Shown here: positions 1 to 8,963 of the stretch, piece after piece
How the letters are laid out: every line of letters begins with the position of its first letter
Position numbering within the stretch: the first letter of the stretch is position 1
Assembly: GCA_045585835.1 (NCBI GenBank)
Contig: JAZMZG010000016.1
Span: forward strand, 46,099 to 110,098
DNA: 64,000 nt
Reading direction: 5' to 3'
Source of the DNA: Eubacteriales bacterium
GTDB taxonomy: Bacteria > Bacillota > Clostridia > Oscillospirales > CAG-272
Program-made: the position numbers and the translations under genes
Notes under the pieces: generated by a model
Told to the model about the DNA's origin: nothing
Seen by the model: only the letters and a program-made list of their open reading frames with translations
The model's database searches: none

Positions 1-461
1 GTGGCGCCGATATTGGATTTTGGGCGGGTTGGCCTTGTCACACGAGCGTCCAAAACAGCCGAGAGATAATACGCACGGTGCTTTGTGCGCCTGAAACGTA
101 CGCCGTTTGCAAAAAAGAAGACGGAAAACCCATAGGAAGTATCGGCTTTCACCGCGCCGACCTTGCCGAAAAGGACGACGAATACGAGCTCGGATATTGG
201 ATAGGCAAACCGTTTTGGGGCAAAGGGTTCATACCCGAAGCTGCGCGGGAGATGCTACGCTACGCCTTTGAAGAACTCGGTTTGAGCCGAATCTGGTGCG
301 GCTACTACGACGGCAACGAGAGAAGCCGACGGGTGCAGGAAAAGCTCGGATTTGTATATCATCACACCACAGAGGGCGTTGAAGTGAAGCTGCTCGGAGA
401 AATCCGCACGGGACACGTTATGCTTATGACGAGGGAGCGTTGGGAGGAGGTAAAATGCTAA
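1..461 (+). CDS. GNAT family N-acetyltransferase, RimJ/RimL-like (5' end cut by window edge)
   Basis: Frame is open from the window edge to TAA 459-461. [35 protein letters not shown] and QEKLGF resemble the acetyl-CoA binding core of RimL-type GNATs. Confidence 0.8.
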   Translation, partial: GADIGFWAGWPCHTSVQNSREIIRTVLCAPETYAVCKKEDGKPIGSIGFHRADLAEKDDEYELGYWIGKPFWGKGFIPEAAREMLRYAFEELGLSRIWCGYYDGNERSRRVQEKLGFVYHHTTEGVEVKLLGEIRTGHVMLMTRERWEEVKC

Positions 462-1183
462 AAAAGTTATATAGCAAAAGCAAGCTTTGGTTTGCTCTTG
501 CGTGGATAATAGCATATTGCGTGCTTATGTCGGCGGGAGATACGCTTTCCGCGCTCGTCGGTGCGGAAAAGTCCGTGACGCTTGTAATAGGCGTGCTGCT
601 TTCTGCGGTATTACTGCTGTTTTTGAAGAAAAACGGACTTTTCGAAGAATATGGACTTTGCAAGCCGAAAACGTTGGCACGCTCGATGTTATACTACGTG
701 CCGATTGTGATAATGCTTACCGTCAACTTTTGGCACGGCGTCACGCTCAATTACGGCATAGCCGAGACGGTTTTCTATATTTTGTCTATGCTTTGCGTCG
801 GTTTTTTGGAGGAGCTTATCTTTCGCGGACTTCTGTTTGAGGCTATGCGGAAGGATAACCTCAAGGCGGCAGTCATCGTGTCGAGCCTGACCTTCGGCAT
901 AGGGCATATCATAAATCTCGTAAACGGTTCGGGCGCAGAGCTTTTGCCAAATCTGTTGCAGGTCGTATATGCCACTGCCGCCGGTTTCATGTTTGTGATG
1001 ATATATTACACGTCAAAGAGTCTGCTCGTGTGCATAGCGTCTCACGGAATATTCAATGCGCTGAGCGTATTCGCAAACGAGGCGGGTATTACTTCGACGG
1101 AGCGTATACTCACGGCGGTACTTCTCACCGTCATCACGGGCTCATACGGAGCATATCTTGCGAAAAAAGGCGATATGGAATAG
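455..1183 (+). CDS. CPBP family intramembrane metalloprotease (CAAX protease / Abi family)
   Basis: ATG 455 follows GGAGGAGG and overlaps the GNAT stop. Polytopic membrane protein with the CPBP motifs EELIFRG and FGIGH plus a C-terminal SHGIFN. Confidence 0.8.
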   Translation: MLKKLYSKSKLWFALAWIIAYCVLMSAGDTLSALVGAEKSVTLVIGVLLSAVLLLFLKKNGLFEEYGLCKPKTLARSMLYYVPIVIMLTVNFWHGVTLNYGIAETVFYILSMLCVGFLEELIFRGLLFEAMRKDNLKAAVIVSSLTFGIGHIINLVNGSGAELLPNLLQVVYATAAGFMFVMIYYTSKSLLVCIASHGIFNALSVFANEAGITSTERILTAVLLTVITGSYGAYLAKKGDME

Positions 1184-1234
1184 GCATTAGGAAATGTAGG
1201 GGAGGATATTATCCTCTCACTTACTTACGCGAAT

Positions 1235-1276
1235 AAAAAATCACCGCTTTCATAACGAAAGCGGTGATTTTGTTTT
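1235..1276. terminator. Bidirectional intrinsic terminator, copy 1 of a duplicated hairpin
   Basis: A6-TCACCGCTTTC-loop-GAAAGCGGTGA-TTTTGTTTT. Lies between the CPBP stop (1183) and the XRE stop (1285). Confidence 0.8.
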
Positions 1277-1284
1277 ATATTCGT

Positions 1285-1527
1285 TTATTCGTTTTCGTAA
1301 AGTTCTTCAATGGATACGCCCAAGACTTTTGCAAGACCGTAAAGCTCGATGTCCGTTACCGTGCGTTGCTTATCCTCGATGCGCGATATTGAGCCTCTGC
1401 AAACGTATATCGCGAGCATTTCAAGTTTGTTGGATAATGCTTGCTGGCTCATTTTTCGCTCGATACGCAGTTTTTTGAGCTTTTTGCCTATCATGTTCAT
1501 TTCAGCACCGTCGATAATTCTCGCCAT
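1285..1527 (-). CDS. XRE-family helix-turn-helix transcriptional regulator (about 80 aa)
   Basis: IGKKLKKLRIERKMSQQALSNKL...ISRIEDKQRTVTDIELYGLAKVLGVSIEELY is a typical HTH_3 pattern. ATG at 1527 is preceded by AAGGAG; the longer ORF start at 1608 has no SD. Confidence 0.8.
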   Translation of the reverse strand: MARIIDGAEMNMIGKKLKKLRIERKMSQQALSNKLEMLAIYVCRGSISRIEDKQRTVTDIELYGLAKVLGVSIEELYENE

Positions 1528-1540
1528 AAAACCACTCCTT

Positions 1541-1559
1541 TTGTCTTGACATAGGACAA
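1541..1559. promoter_or_regulatory. Operator-like inverted repeat TTGTC-N9-GACAA, copy 1 (overlaps the -35)
   Basis: Read directly. A second copy lies 49 bp downstream. Confidence 0.5.
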
Positions 1560-1574
1560 AATTAATGATATACT
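1546..1574 (+). promoter_or_regulatory. Sigma-A type promoter of the repeat lipoprotein gene
   Basis: TTGACA (1546-1551), 17-nt spacer, TGaTATACT extended -10 (TATACT 1569-1574). Confidence 0.6.
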
Positions 1575-1589
1575 GTTTTTCACATAATA

Positions 1590-1608
1590 TTGTCCTGTCA
1601 TAAGACAA
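1590..1608. promoter_or_regulatory. Operator-like inverted repeat TTGTC-N9-GACAA, copy 2 (5' UTR)
   Basis: Read directly. The 23-nt context matches copy 1 at 19 of 23 positions. Confidence 0.5.
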
Positions 1609-1629
1609 AAATACAAAAAGGAGTAAAAA

Positions 1630-2637
1630 ATGATGAAAAATTTTATTTTAGGATTGCTTATATTAGCAATGATGATTATGGCGGTAGGTTGCGTTACTGT
1701 GGAGAAACCGTCCTTTGATACCGAAAAATCCCCTTCCGACAGTTCGCAAAACACGAACTTCACTGTATGTTATGATAAAGTAATTGTCACCACGGATACT
1801 AGCTTTGAAGAAGACACCGAGCATACTTACGAGTATACCTACGATGAAAATGGCAATATCGTGAAGGAGGTTGACACGGATTACTATGGCAGTTCTTCCA
1901 CCATCGAGTACACCTACGATGGAAATGATAATATGGTGAAGAAGGTTGAAACGGATGACGATGGTGATCGTGACACCTATGAGTGCACCTACGATGAAAA
2001 TGGCAATATCTTGAAGGAGGTTGAAACAGATTACCACGGCAATCGTCGGATCACCGAGTACACCTACGATGAAGATGGCAATATGGTGAAGATGGTTGGA
2101 ACGAATGACGATGGTGATCGTTGGATCACCGAGTACACCTACGACGAAAAAGGCAATATGGTGAAAGAGGTTGACACGTATTTCGACGGTAAAAGTCATT
2201 GCACCACCGAATACACCTACGATGAAAAAGGTAATATGGTGAAGAAGGTTAAAACGGATGACGATGGTGATTGTGACACCTACAAGTACACCTACGACGA
2301 AAAAGACAATATGGTGAAAGAGGTTCGCACAATTATTGGTGGTGATGGCCGTGAATACGAGGTCTCCACCAAGTACATCTACGATGAAAATAGCAATATC
2401 GTGAAGGAGGTTCACACGAATTACGATGGTGATCGTGATATCACTGAGTACACCTATGACGAAAAAGGCAATATCGTGAAGAAGGTTCACACGAGTTACG
2501 ATGGTAGGCGTTACACCTACGAGTACACCTACGATGAAGATGGTAATATGGTTAAGATGATTGAAACACTTTACGATGGTACTCGTTACACCACCGAGTA
2601 CAAATATGAAGGCAAGCGTGTATTCTACAAAAAATAA
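1630..2637 (+). CDS. Lipoprotein built almost entirely of tandem YD-type repeats
   Basis: SD AAGGAG precedes the ATG. Signal peptide with a lipobox (MAVGC). About 10 units of 24-25 aa with core EYTYDExGNxVKxV.T..DG.R. Confidence 0.8.
   Translation: MMKNFILGLLILAMMIMAVGCVTVEKPSFDTEKSPSDSSQNTNFTVCYDKVIVTTDTSFEEDTEHTYEYTYDENGNIVKEVDTDYYGSSSTIEYTYDGNDNMVKKVETDDDGDRDTYECTYDENGNILKEVETDYHGNRRITEYTYDEDGNMVKMVGTNDDGDRWITEYTYDEKGNMVKEVDTYFDGKSHCTTEYTYDEKGNMVKKVKTDDDGDCDTYKYTYDEKDNMVKEVRTIIGGDGREYEVSTKYIYDENSNIVKEVHTNYDGDRDITEYTYDEKGNIVKKVHTSYDGRRYTYEYTYDEDGNMVKMIETLYDGTRYTTEYKYEGKRVFYKK
1819..2615 (+). repeat. Coding tandem repeats of about 72-75 nt (YD units)
   Basis: Variants of GAGTACACCTACGATGAAAAxGGCAATATGGTGAAG recur in frame along the gene. 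Confidence 0.85.
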
Positions 2638-2640
2638 TAC

Positions 2641-2682
2641 AAAAAATCACCGCTTTCGCTTCCGAAAGCGGTGATTTTGTTT
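2641..2682. terminator. Bidirectional intrinsic terminator, copy 2 of the duplicated hairpin
   Basis: Arms are the same as at 1235-1276 and only the loop differs. Lies between the lipoprotein stop (2637) and the ackA stop (2690). Confidence 0.8.
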
Positions 2683-2689
2683 ATCCTTA

Positions 2690-3886
2690 TTAAAGTGCGG
2701 ATACGATTTCTTCGGTATCTCTTGCGATAACGAGCTCTTCGTTTGTGGGAATTACGAATACTCTCACCTTCGAATCGGGAGTGGAGATCTCAACCGTTTC
2801 GCCGCGGAGCTTGTTCTTTTCCTCGTCGATAGTGATTCCGAGGTATGCAAGCTGCTTACATACAAAGCTGCGGAGGTCTGCATCGTTTTCGCCTACGCCT
2901 GCGGTAAATACGATAGCGTCTGCACCGCCGAGGGCTGCCGTGTAGGAGCCGATGAGCTTGATGATATTGTATCTGAAGATATCAATAGCGAGCTTGGAGC
3001 GGTAGTCACCCTCGTTTGCCTTTGCGGTGAGGTCACGATAGTCGCTTGATACGCCCGAAAGGCCGAGCGCGCCGGACTTCTTGTTAAGTATGTTGAGGCA
3101 CTCGCTGGGAGTGAGGTTTTCGTTGTTGCACAAGAACTCAACGATAGCGGGGTCGAGATTACCCGAACGTGTACCCATGGGAAGTCCCTCAAGAGGAGTG
3201 AGTCCCATAGACGTATCGAAGCACTTGCCGTCCTTAACAGCCGCAAGTGACGAGCCGTTTCCGAGGTGGCAGGTGACTATTTTTGTTCCCTCTGCCTTGC
3301 CGCCGAGAAGCTTAACGCACTCGCCGGAAACGTACTTGTGGGACGAGCCGTGGAAGCCGTAGCGGCGGATGCTGTACTTCTCGTAATACTCGTAGGGAAT
3401 GGAATACATATATGAGGTGTCGGGCATCGTCTGATGGAACGCCGTATCAAATACTGCTACCTGGGGTACGCCGGGTAAAACCTCCTCGCAAGCGATGATG
3501 CCCGTAAGGTTTGCGGGGTTATGTAAAGGACCGAGAGGGAAGCACTCTTTGATGGTTTCCTTAACTGCATCGTTTACCAAAACCGATGCGCTGAACTTCG
3601 TGCCGCCGTGGAGCACTCTGTGTCCTACGGCGCCTATCTCGCTCATGCTCTTGATAACGCCGTAATTTTCATCGAGAAGATTGCTTATAAGCACCTTTAT
3701 AGCATCAGCGTGGTTTTTCATGGGAGTTTCGCCCTCAAGCTTACCCTTGCCCTCTGCCGTGTACTTAAATCTTCCGTCGATACCGATTCTTTCGCAAAGA
3801 CCTTTTGCAAGCACCTTGTATCCTTCCGTATCAAAAAGCTGATATTTGAGAGATGAGCTGCCTGCGTTTACAACTAAAATATACAT
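2690..3886 (-). CDS. ackA: Acetate kinase
   Basis: N-terminus MYILVVNAGSSSLKYQLF, plus GFHGSSH and the typical length of 398 aa. Confidence 0.95.
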   Translation of the reverse strand: MYILVVNAGSSSLKYQLFDTEGYKVLAKGLCERIGIDGRFKYTAEGKGKLEGETPMKNHADAIKVLISNLLDENYGVIKSMSEIGAVGHRVLHGGTKFSASVLVNDAVKETIKECFPLGPLHNPANLTGIIACEEVLPGVPQVAVFDTAFHQTMPDTSYMYSIPYEYYEKYSIRRYGFHGSSHKYVSGECVKLLGGKAEGTKIVTCHLGNGSSLAAVKDGKCFDTSMGLTPLEGLPMGTRSGNLDPAIVEFLCNNENLTPSECLNILNKKSGALGLSGVSSDYRDLTAKANEGDYRSKLAIDIFRYNIIKLIGSYTAALGGADAIVFTAGVGENDADLRSFVCKQLAYLGITIDEEKNKLRGETVEISTPDSKVRVFVIPTNEELVIARDTEEIVSAL

Positions 3887-3919
3887 TTTATTCCTCCGTT
3901 ATATTATTTACAAATAAAA

Positions 3920-3948
3920 ATTTTACCACACAAAAAGGTTTATTTCAA
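3920..3948 (-). promoter_or_regulatory. Sigma-A type promoter of ackA
   Basis: On the minus strand: TTGAAA (3943-3948), 17-nt spacer, TGgTAAAAT (-10 at 3920-3925). Confidence 0.55.
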
Positions 3949-3967
3949 CCGATTTTACGAAAATAAA

Positions 3968-5164
3968 TTATTTTCCGCCCAAAACGTTTACTCCGCAATC
4001 GAAGCTGAGCTTTGATTTTTCTCTTGCGGCATTTATTCCGCATTCAACAATCCTGTCTATGAGCATATCGAAGCTAACACCCGCCGCTTCCCAAAGATAG
4101 AACGAAAGCGAACCGGGAATGGTGTTTATCTCGTTTACGTATACATCTTCGCCGTCAAGCAAAAAGTCGATTCTCGATACGCCGTTACAGCCGAGCACGG
4201 TGAATGTGCGCTTTGCATATTCTCTTATTTTATCGGCTATCTCTTCCGAAATATCTGCGGGCACCTTTCTTTGAAGCGAGCTCATACCGCCCTTATTTCC
4301 CTCACATTTTGCGCCGCCCTTTGCACCGAGCTTTGCGCCTTTTGCGCCCTTTGCACCGCCCATATATTTGTCGCGGTAGCTAAGTACCTCGTCTTGCATT
4401 ACGGGCTCTTCCAAAACGGAGCACTCGCATTCGTCCGCGCTTCCGAGCACCGAGCAGTTTATTTCGCGAAGGTTCGTTACCGCGTGCTCAACTAAAAGCT
4501 TTGGTGTAAAGGTTGCTGCAAGGTCAAGCGCATCGACGAGCTTTTCGCGCGTGCTTGCCTTTGATATACCGATGCTTGAGCCTAAATTTGCGGGCTTAAC
4601 GATAACGGGATAGCCGAACTCGGTCTCTATCTTATCGAGTATAGCATCTTTGTTTTCAAAGTATTCTGAGCTTCTGAATGCACAGTAATCCACGACGGGA
4701 ATACCGTGGCGGCTCAAAATGCATTTGGTAAATTCCTTATCCATTCCCGCAGCAGAGGAAATAACGTCGCAGGAAGCGTAGGGGATACCCATAATTTCGA
4801 AATATCCCATAATGCTGCCGTCCTCGCAGTTTGTTCCGTGTACGACGGGGAGCGCAAGGTCGATGCTTGCAAGCTCCTTCGAAAGCTTAACCTTGTCGCC
4901 TCGTCTTTTGACTGAGAACATTTTTGTGGAGGGACTTGCTTTTAGGAAGCATACCTCCGTTGCATTTTTATAAAGGGCGTCGATGTCCTTGTAGCTTTGT
5001 ACCTGCTTTAAGGCGTCGCCTGTGTACATTCTGCCGTTTTTCGCCATATATACGGGTATTACGTTGTACTTTGCCGTGTCTGCCGCATTCATTGCCTGAC
5101 ATGCGCTTATGACCGAAATTTCGTGCTCGACGGAAGCACCGCCGAAGAAGAAGGCAAGATTCAT
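3968..5164 (-). CDS. ddl: D-alanine--D-alanine ligase (long form with a Gly/Ala/Lys-rich loop insert)
   Basis: FGGASVEHEISVISA N-terminus, ATP-grasp core (GYPVIVKPANLGSSIGISKA), EINTIPGS near the C-terminus. Confidence 0.9.
   Translation of the reverse strand: MNLAFFFGGASVEHEISVISACQAMNAADTAKYNVIPVYMAKNGRMYTGDALKQVQSYKDIDALYKNATEVCFLKASPSTKMFSVKRRGDKVKLSKELASIDLALPVVHGTNCEDGSIMGYFEIMGIPYASCDVISSAAGMDKEFTKCILSRHGIPVVDYCAFRSSEYFENKDAILDKIETEFGYPVIVKPANLGSSIGISKASTREKLVDALDLAATFTPKLLVEHAVTNLREINCSVLGSADECECSVLEEPVMQDEVLSYRDKYMGGAKGAKGAKLGAKGGAKCEGNKGGMSSLQRKVPADISEEIADKIREYAKRTFTVLGCNGVSRIDFLLDGEDVYVNEINTIPGSLSFYLWEAAGVSFDMLIDRIVECGINAAREKSKLSFDCGVNVLGGK
4307..4360 (-). repeat. In-frame 9-nt tandem repeat encoding GAKGAKGAKLGAKGGAK inside ddl
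   Basis: On the plus strand yTTTGCrCC units follow each other; on the coding strand they read GGNGCAAAR. Confidence 0.7.
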
Positions 5165-5177
5165 ATTTTCCTCCTGA

Positions 5178-6770
5178 TTATTTTTTCTGCGGCTCGTAGT
5201 TATCGGGAAGGTCGTTCTCGAAAAGTACCGCTTTTTTGTCGCCGCTTATCTTATTTATGAGTGTGAGAGCTTCGTTTAAGGTATCGGTAATTTCGAAAAA
5301 GCCGCCAAATCCTTCGCTTTCGATACCCGCTTTGATGTCGGAGGTTATCGCTTTTCCGACGAGTATGACCGCATCGCAGGTCTTTGCTATCTGACGACCG
5401 AATTCAAAGCTCTTTTCCTTTTGCAAAGCGCCAAGCTCTATAAAGCCGGGTGTGACTATTACCTTCGTATATCCCTCAAACGTGGAAAGCACTTTTAAAG
5501 ACTGCTTTGCGCCCTCGGGGTTGGAGTTAAAGCCGTTGTCTATCATCGTAAACGTTCCGAGATTTCGAAGTTCCAAACGGTGAGGAGCGGCCGTAAGTCT
5601 TGCACAAGCACGCATAAGCTGTGCGTCTGTGACGCCAAGCTCTATACCTACTGCGGCAGCTGAAACGATGTTCATTACGTTATGCTCCCCTAAAAGTTTC
5701 GTGGAAAGCTTTATTTCTCTGCCGTCCTTTGTGCAAAGCGTGAACTGCGTGCCCTTATCGGTGCAGCGTATATCCTTTGCGTAGTAATCTCTGTCTTCGG
5801 AAAATCCGAACGTCACGGTATTTTTGTGAGTGTTGTATTCTCTTATCTTATCGCAGTCGTAGTTAAGTACTGCCGTACCGCCCCCCTTGAGCTCGTCGAC
5901 TATCTCGAATTTCGCCTTTTGTATATTTTCTTCACTGCCGAAGCTCTCAAGGTGCTGTATGCCTATTGTGGTTATCATTGAAATATTCGGCTTAACGAGC
6001 CTTGCTATTTCCCTTATATCGCCTATGTGCTTTGCGCCCATTTCGGCTATAAATACTTGGTGTAAGTGTGAAAGTGAGCCCCTTATCGTTTTCACCACGC
6101 CCATAAGCGTGTTATAGCTTTCGGGGGTCATAAGCGTGTTGTATTTTTCCGATAAAACTGCATTTAAGATATATTTTGACGAGGTCTTTCCGTAGCTTCC
6201 CGTAATTCCGATAACGGTGAGATTTTTCATCGACGCCAAAATTCTCTCGGCATCCTTGATAAATCCGTTTTGTACGTATTTTTCGACGGGTACGTTCAAC
6301 ACGCCCGATACGAATATCCAAAATGCAGGTATAAACGACGTCAGCGCAAGAAGCATACACGCCACGGCGCTTACCGCGGTACAGAAGAACACGCCCGTTA
6401 CCGCAAGTGCGGCAACTATTGCATAGACGGTAAAGAAAATGACTATCTGCCTTTTTATGCGGGGCGTGTATACCATTTTCTTTTTCTGCGGCGGCGTCTT
6501 ATGAAGAAGCACCGATAAAAGCGATAGGCAAATGAGTAAAGCGGCGGCGTATATTTTAACGCCTTTAAGCTCAAAGGCCATAAGCACCGTTGCAACGAGT
6601 GCGAAAACTATGTTTTTGACGCTTACGTTTTTAAATTGCCACTTGAAGAATCTGCTTTGATAGTATGACGAAAGTTGAAACATATGAAGGTAATGCCTTC
6701 CGCAATAGCAAAGCGAAAATAGCATAGATAGTATTGCAAGAGCAAAGACTGTATTTATCAAAATCGGCAT
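5178..6770 (-). CDS. MurF-like Mur ligase (UDP-MurNAc-tripeptide--D-Ala-D-Ala ligase type) with a hydrophobic N-terminal extension
   Basis: ITGSYGKTS P-loop, SYNTLMG (MurF NNxIG position), DNGFNSNP (MurF DDSYNANP position). The first ~160 residues form several hydrophobic helices. The gene lies 13 nt upstream of ddl. Confidence 0.75.
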   Translation of the reverse strand: MPILINTVFALAILSMLFSLCYCGRHYLHMFQLSSYYQSRFFKWQFKNVSVKNIVFALVATVLMAFELKGVKIYAAALLICLSLLSVLLHKTPPQKKKMVYTPRIKRQIVIFFTVYAIVAALAVTGVFFCTAVSAVACMLLALTSFIPAFWIFVSGVLNVPVEKYVQNGFIKDAERILASMKNLTVIGITGSYGKTSSKYILNAVLSEKYNTLMTPESYNTLMGVVKTIRGSLSHLHQVFIAEMGAKHIGDIREIARLVKPNISMITTIGIQHLESFGSEENIQKAKFEIVDELKGGGTAVLNYDCDKIREYNTHKNTVTFGFSEDRDYYAKDIRCTDKGTQFTLCTKDGREIKLSTKLLGEHNVMNIVSAAAVGIELGVTDAQLMRACARLTAAPHRLELRNLGTFTMIDNGFNSNPEGAKQSLKVLSTFEGYTKVIVTPGFIELGALQKEKSFEFGRQIAKTCDAVILVGKAITSDIKAGIESEGFGGFFEITDTLNEALTLINKISGDKKAVLFENDLPDNYEPQKK

Positions 6771-6780
6771 CGTACGCCTC

Positions 6781-7533
6781 CTAACTGTTTAAAAAGCTTA
6801 AAAGCACGGATACAAATTTTCTCGGCTGTTCGACGAAAGCCCAATGCGAGCCGCCCGAAAGCTCGACAAGCCCGCTGTCCTTTATGCGTTTTTCCATAAG
6901 CTTTGCATCGGATATGGGTGTCGCTGTATCCTCCGTGCCCCATATAAGCAAGGTAGGCACGTTTATTTTTTCAAGACAAGGTTCGAGGTTTGTATTAACA
7001 AGGCTTACCATCGTATCTCTCATAACGCCGGAGGCGTTTTTATAGTCGGCAGAGCCGTGCTTTTTCCTAAGCGCTTCAAGCTTCTCGTTTGCTTTTTTGC
7101 CACAAAAGAGCTTTATGAGCTTTTTGGCGGTCTTATATCTCCAAACTTTGAATTTATATGAAAAGCTGCGTTTCGGAATTATTCCTGCGCTGTCTATGAG
7201 AACTGCTTTTTCAGCTTCAAATCCGTCCGATAGCAGCTTTATTATAACTCTTCCGCCGTTTGAATGTCCGACCAAAACGGGTGATTTTACGCCAATATTT
7301 TCAAGCAAAGCTTTAACGCAGGCGCAAAAATCGTCCACGCCGTACGTGCGGCAAGGCTGTGAGCTTTCACCGTGACCGGGAAGGTCGATGCGGATAGCTC
7401 TAAAGCCTGCAAGACTTGGAATGACAAAATCAAAGCTATGTATATCGGCACCCCAACCGTGCAAAAACACGACGCACTTTCCGCTTCCCTCGTCCGTATA
7501 ATTTATTTTAATGCCGTCAAAGGTAAATTCCAT
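6781..7533 (-). CDS. Alpha/beta hydrolase
   Basis: HGWG oxyanion motif, nucleophile elbow GHSNGG, length 250 aa. Confidence 0.8.
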   Translation of the reverse strand: MEFTFDGIKINYTDEGSGKCVVFLHGWGADIHSFDFVIPSLAGFRAIRIDLPGHGESSQPCRTYGVDDFCACVKALLENIGVKSPVLVGHSNGGRVIIKLLSDGFEAEKAVLIDSAGIIPKRSFSYKFKVWRYKTAKKLIKLFCGKKANEKLEALRKKHGSADYKNASGVMRDTMVSLVNTNLEPCLEKINVPTLLIWGTEDTATPISDAKLMEKRIKDSGLVELSGGSHWAFVEQPRKFVSVLLSFLNS

Positions 7534-7639
7534 AAGACACCTCCAAGGCTCTTATACTCTATTACTCTATCTTATATATAATACCATATTATTTTATGAA
7601 TGTAAAGATGCAAAAAGTGCAAAAAACTTGCAAAGTGTA

Positions 7640-7668
7640 TTGATAAATACGGCTTTTTGTGCTACAAT
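7640..7668 (+). promoter_or_regulatory. Sigma-A type promoter upstream of the DUF951 gene and prfA
   Basis: TTGATA, 17-nt spacer, TGcTACAAT. Confidence 0.5.
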
Positions 7669-7698
7669 AAAATGAAATACTGTTTAGGTGAGGGGCTT

Positions 7699-7878
7699 AT
7701 GGAAATATCTGTCGGTGATATCGCCGAAATGAAAAAGGACCATCCCTGCGGTTCAAGGCTTTTCGAGGTGCTGAGAACGGGCGCCGATATAAAGCTTAGG
7801 TGTACGAACTGCAAAAGAGAGCTTATGCTTGACAGACTCAAAGCCGAGAAGGCTATAAAACGAATTCTGAAAAAATAA
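7699..7878 (+). CDS. DUF951 family small protein
   Basis: HPCGS...[21 protein letters not shown] matches my recollection of the DUF951 pattern. ATG 7699 follows AGGTGAGGGG. Confidence 0.7.
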   Translation: MEISVGDIAEMKKDHPCGSRLFEVLRTGADIKLRCTNCKRELMLDRLKAEKAIKRILKK

Positions 7879-7889
7879 ACGGAGAGATT

Positions 7890-8963
7890 ATGACTGAAAA
7901 ACTAAAAGAGGTTGAACAAAAATATCTTGATTTGGAAAAGAAGCTTGAAGACCCTGCGGTAATTTCCGACGTCGAGCAATACAAGAAGATATCGAAGGAG
8001 TATAAAAGCCTTACGCCTTTGATTGAAAAATACAGAGAGTCCGTAACCATCGAAGAGGAGCTTGAGGGTATCGAAATGATGCTTTCGGAAAATCCCGATG
8101 CCGAGATGCGTCAGATGTGCACGGAGGAAAAGTCGGAGCTTGAAGATAGGCTTTTGAAGGTAAACGAGGAGATAAAGATACTCTTGATGCCCTCCGACCC
8201 CAACGACGACAAGAGCGTTATCATAGAGATACGAGGCGGTGCGGGCGGCGAGGAAGCGGCGCTCTTTTCGGCAGTTTTGTACCGTATGTACTCCATGTAC
8301 GCCGATAAGCTCGGTTGGAAGACGGAGATTTTAAGCTCCAACGAAACGGAGCTTGGCGGATATAAGGAGATAAGCTTCTCTGTAGAGGGCGACAGAGCTT
8401 ATTCCAAGCTCAAATTCGAAAGCGGTGTCCACAGGGTTCAGCGTGTACCCGAGACCGAGGCGCAAGGAAGAATACAGACGTCGACCGCAACGGTTGCCGT
8501 GCTTCCCGAGGCTGAAGAGGTAGAGGTACAGATAAACCCCGCAGACCTTATTATAGATACCTACAGAAGCGGCGGTGCGGGCGGTCAGCACGTCAACAAG
8601 ACAGACTCCGCAATAAGAATAACGCACGTCCCCACGGGTACGGTAGTTGAATGTCAGGACGAGCGCTCACAGCATAAGAACAGAGATAAGGCGATGAAGC
8701 TTTTGCGCACACGCCTTTACGAAGCAGAGCTTGAAAGACATAATGCGGAGATTGCGGGCGAGAGAAGAAGCCAAGTCGGAACGGGTGATCGAAGTGAGAG
8801 AATACGCACGTATAACTACCCGCAGTCAAGACTTACCGACCACAGAATAGGACTTACTCTCCACAGCCTTGAGGACGTGTTAAACGGAAACCTTGACCCC
8901 GTTATCGAAGCACTTATAACCGCAGATACGGCGGAAAAGCTCAAGGCTTCGGGTGAGCAGTGA
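7890..8963 (+). CDS. prfA: Peptide chain release factor 1
   Basis: GGQ motif in [39 protein letters not shown] sits at the RF1 PxT position. Confidence 0.95.
   Translation: MTEKLKEVEQKYLDLEKKLEDPAVISDVEQYKKISKEYKSLTPLIEKYRESVTIEEELEGIEMMLSENPDAEMRQMCTEEKSELEDRLLKVNEEIKILLMPSDPNDDKSVIIEIRGGAGGEEAALFSAVLYRMYSMYADKLGWKTEILSSNETELGGYKEISFSVEGDRAYSKLKFESGVHRVQRVPETEAQGRIQTSTATVAVLPEAEEVEVQINPADLIIDTYRSGGAGGQHVNKTDSAIRITHVPTGTVVECQDERSQHKNRDKAMKLLRTRLYEAELERHNAEIAGERRSQVGTGDRSERIRTYNYPQSRLTDHRIGLTLHSLEDVLNGNLDPVIEALITADTAEKLKASGEQ

Noticed and set aside
1663-2490. A 275-aa ORF antisense to the YD-repeat lipoprotein gene.
   Set aside because: It is a by-product of the periodic repeat, which contains no stop codons on the opposite strand. 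It has no SD or signal features. The plus-strand gene has an SD, a lipobox and the YD motif.
1819-2615. Possible CRISPR array, tested for the YD repeats and also for the LRR repeats at 17640-19610.
   Set aside because: The repeats are in-frame coding units with degenerate copies and no alternation of a constant repeat with unique spacers. No cas genes are present.
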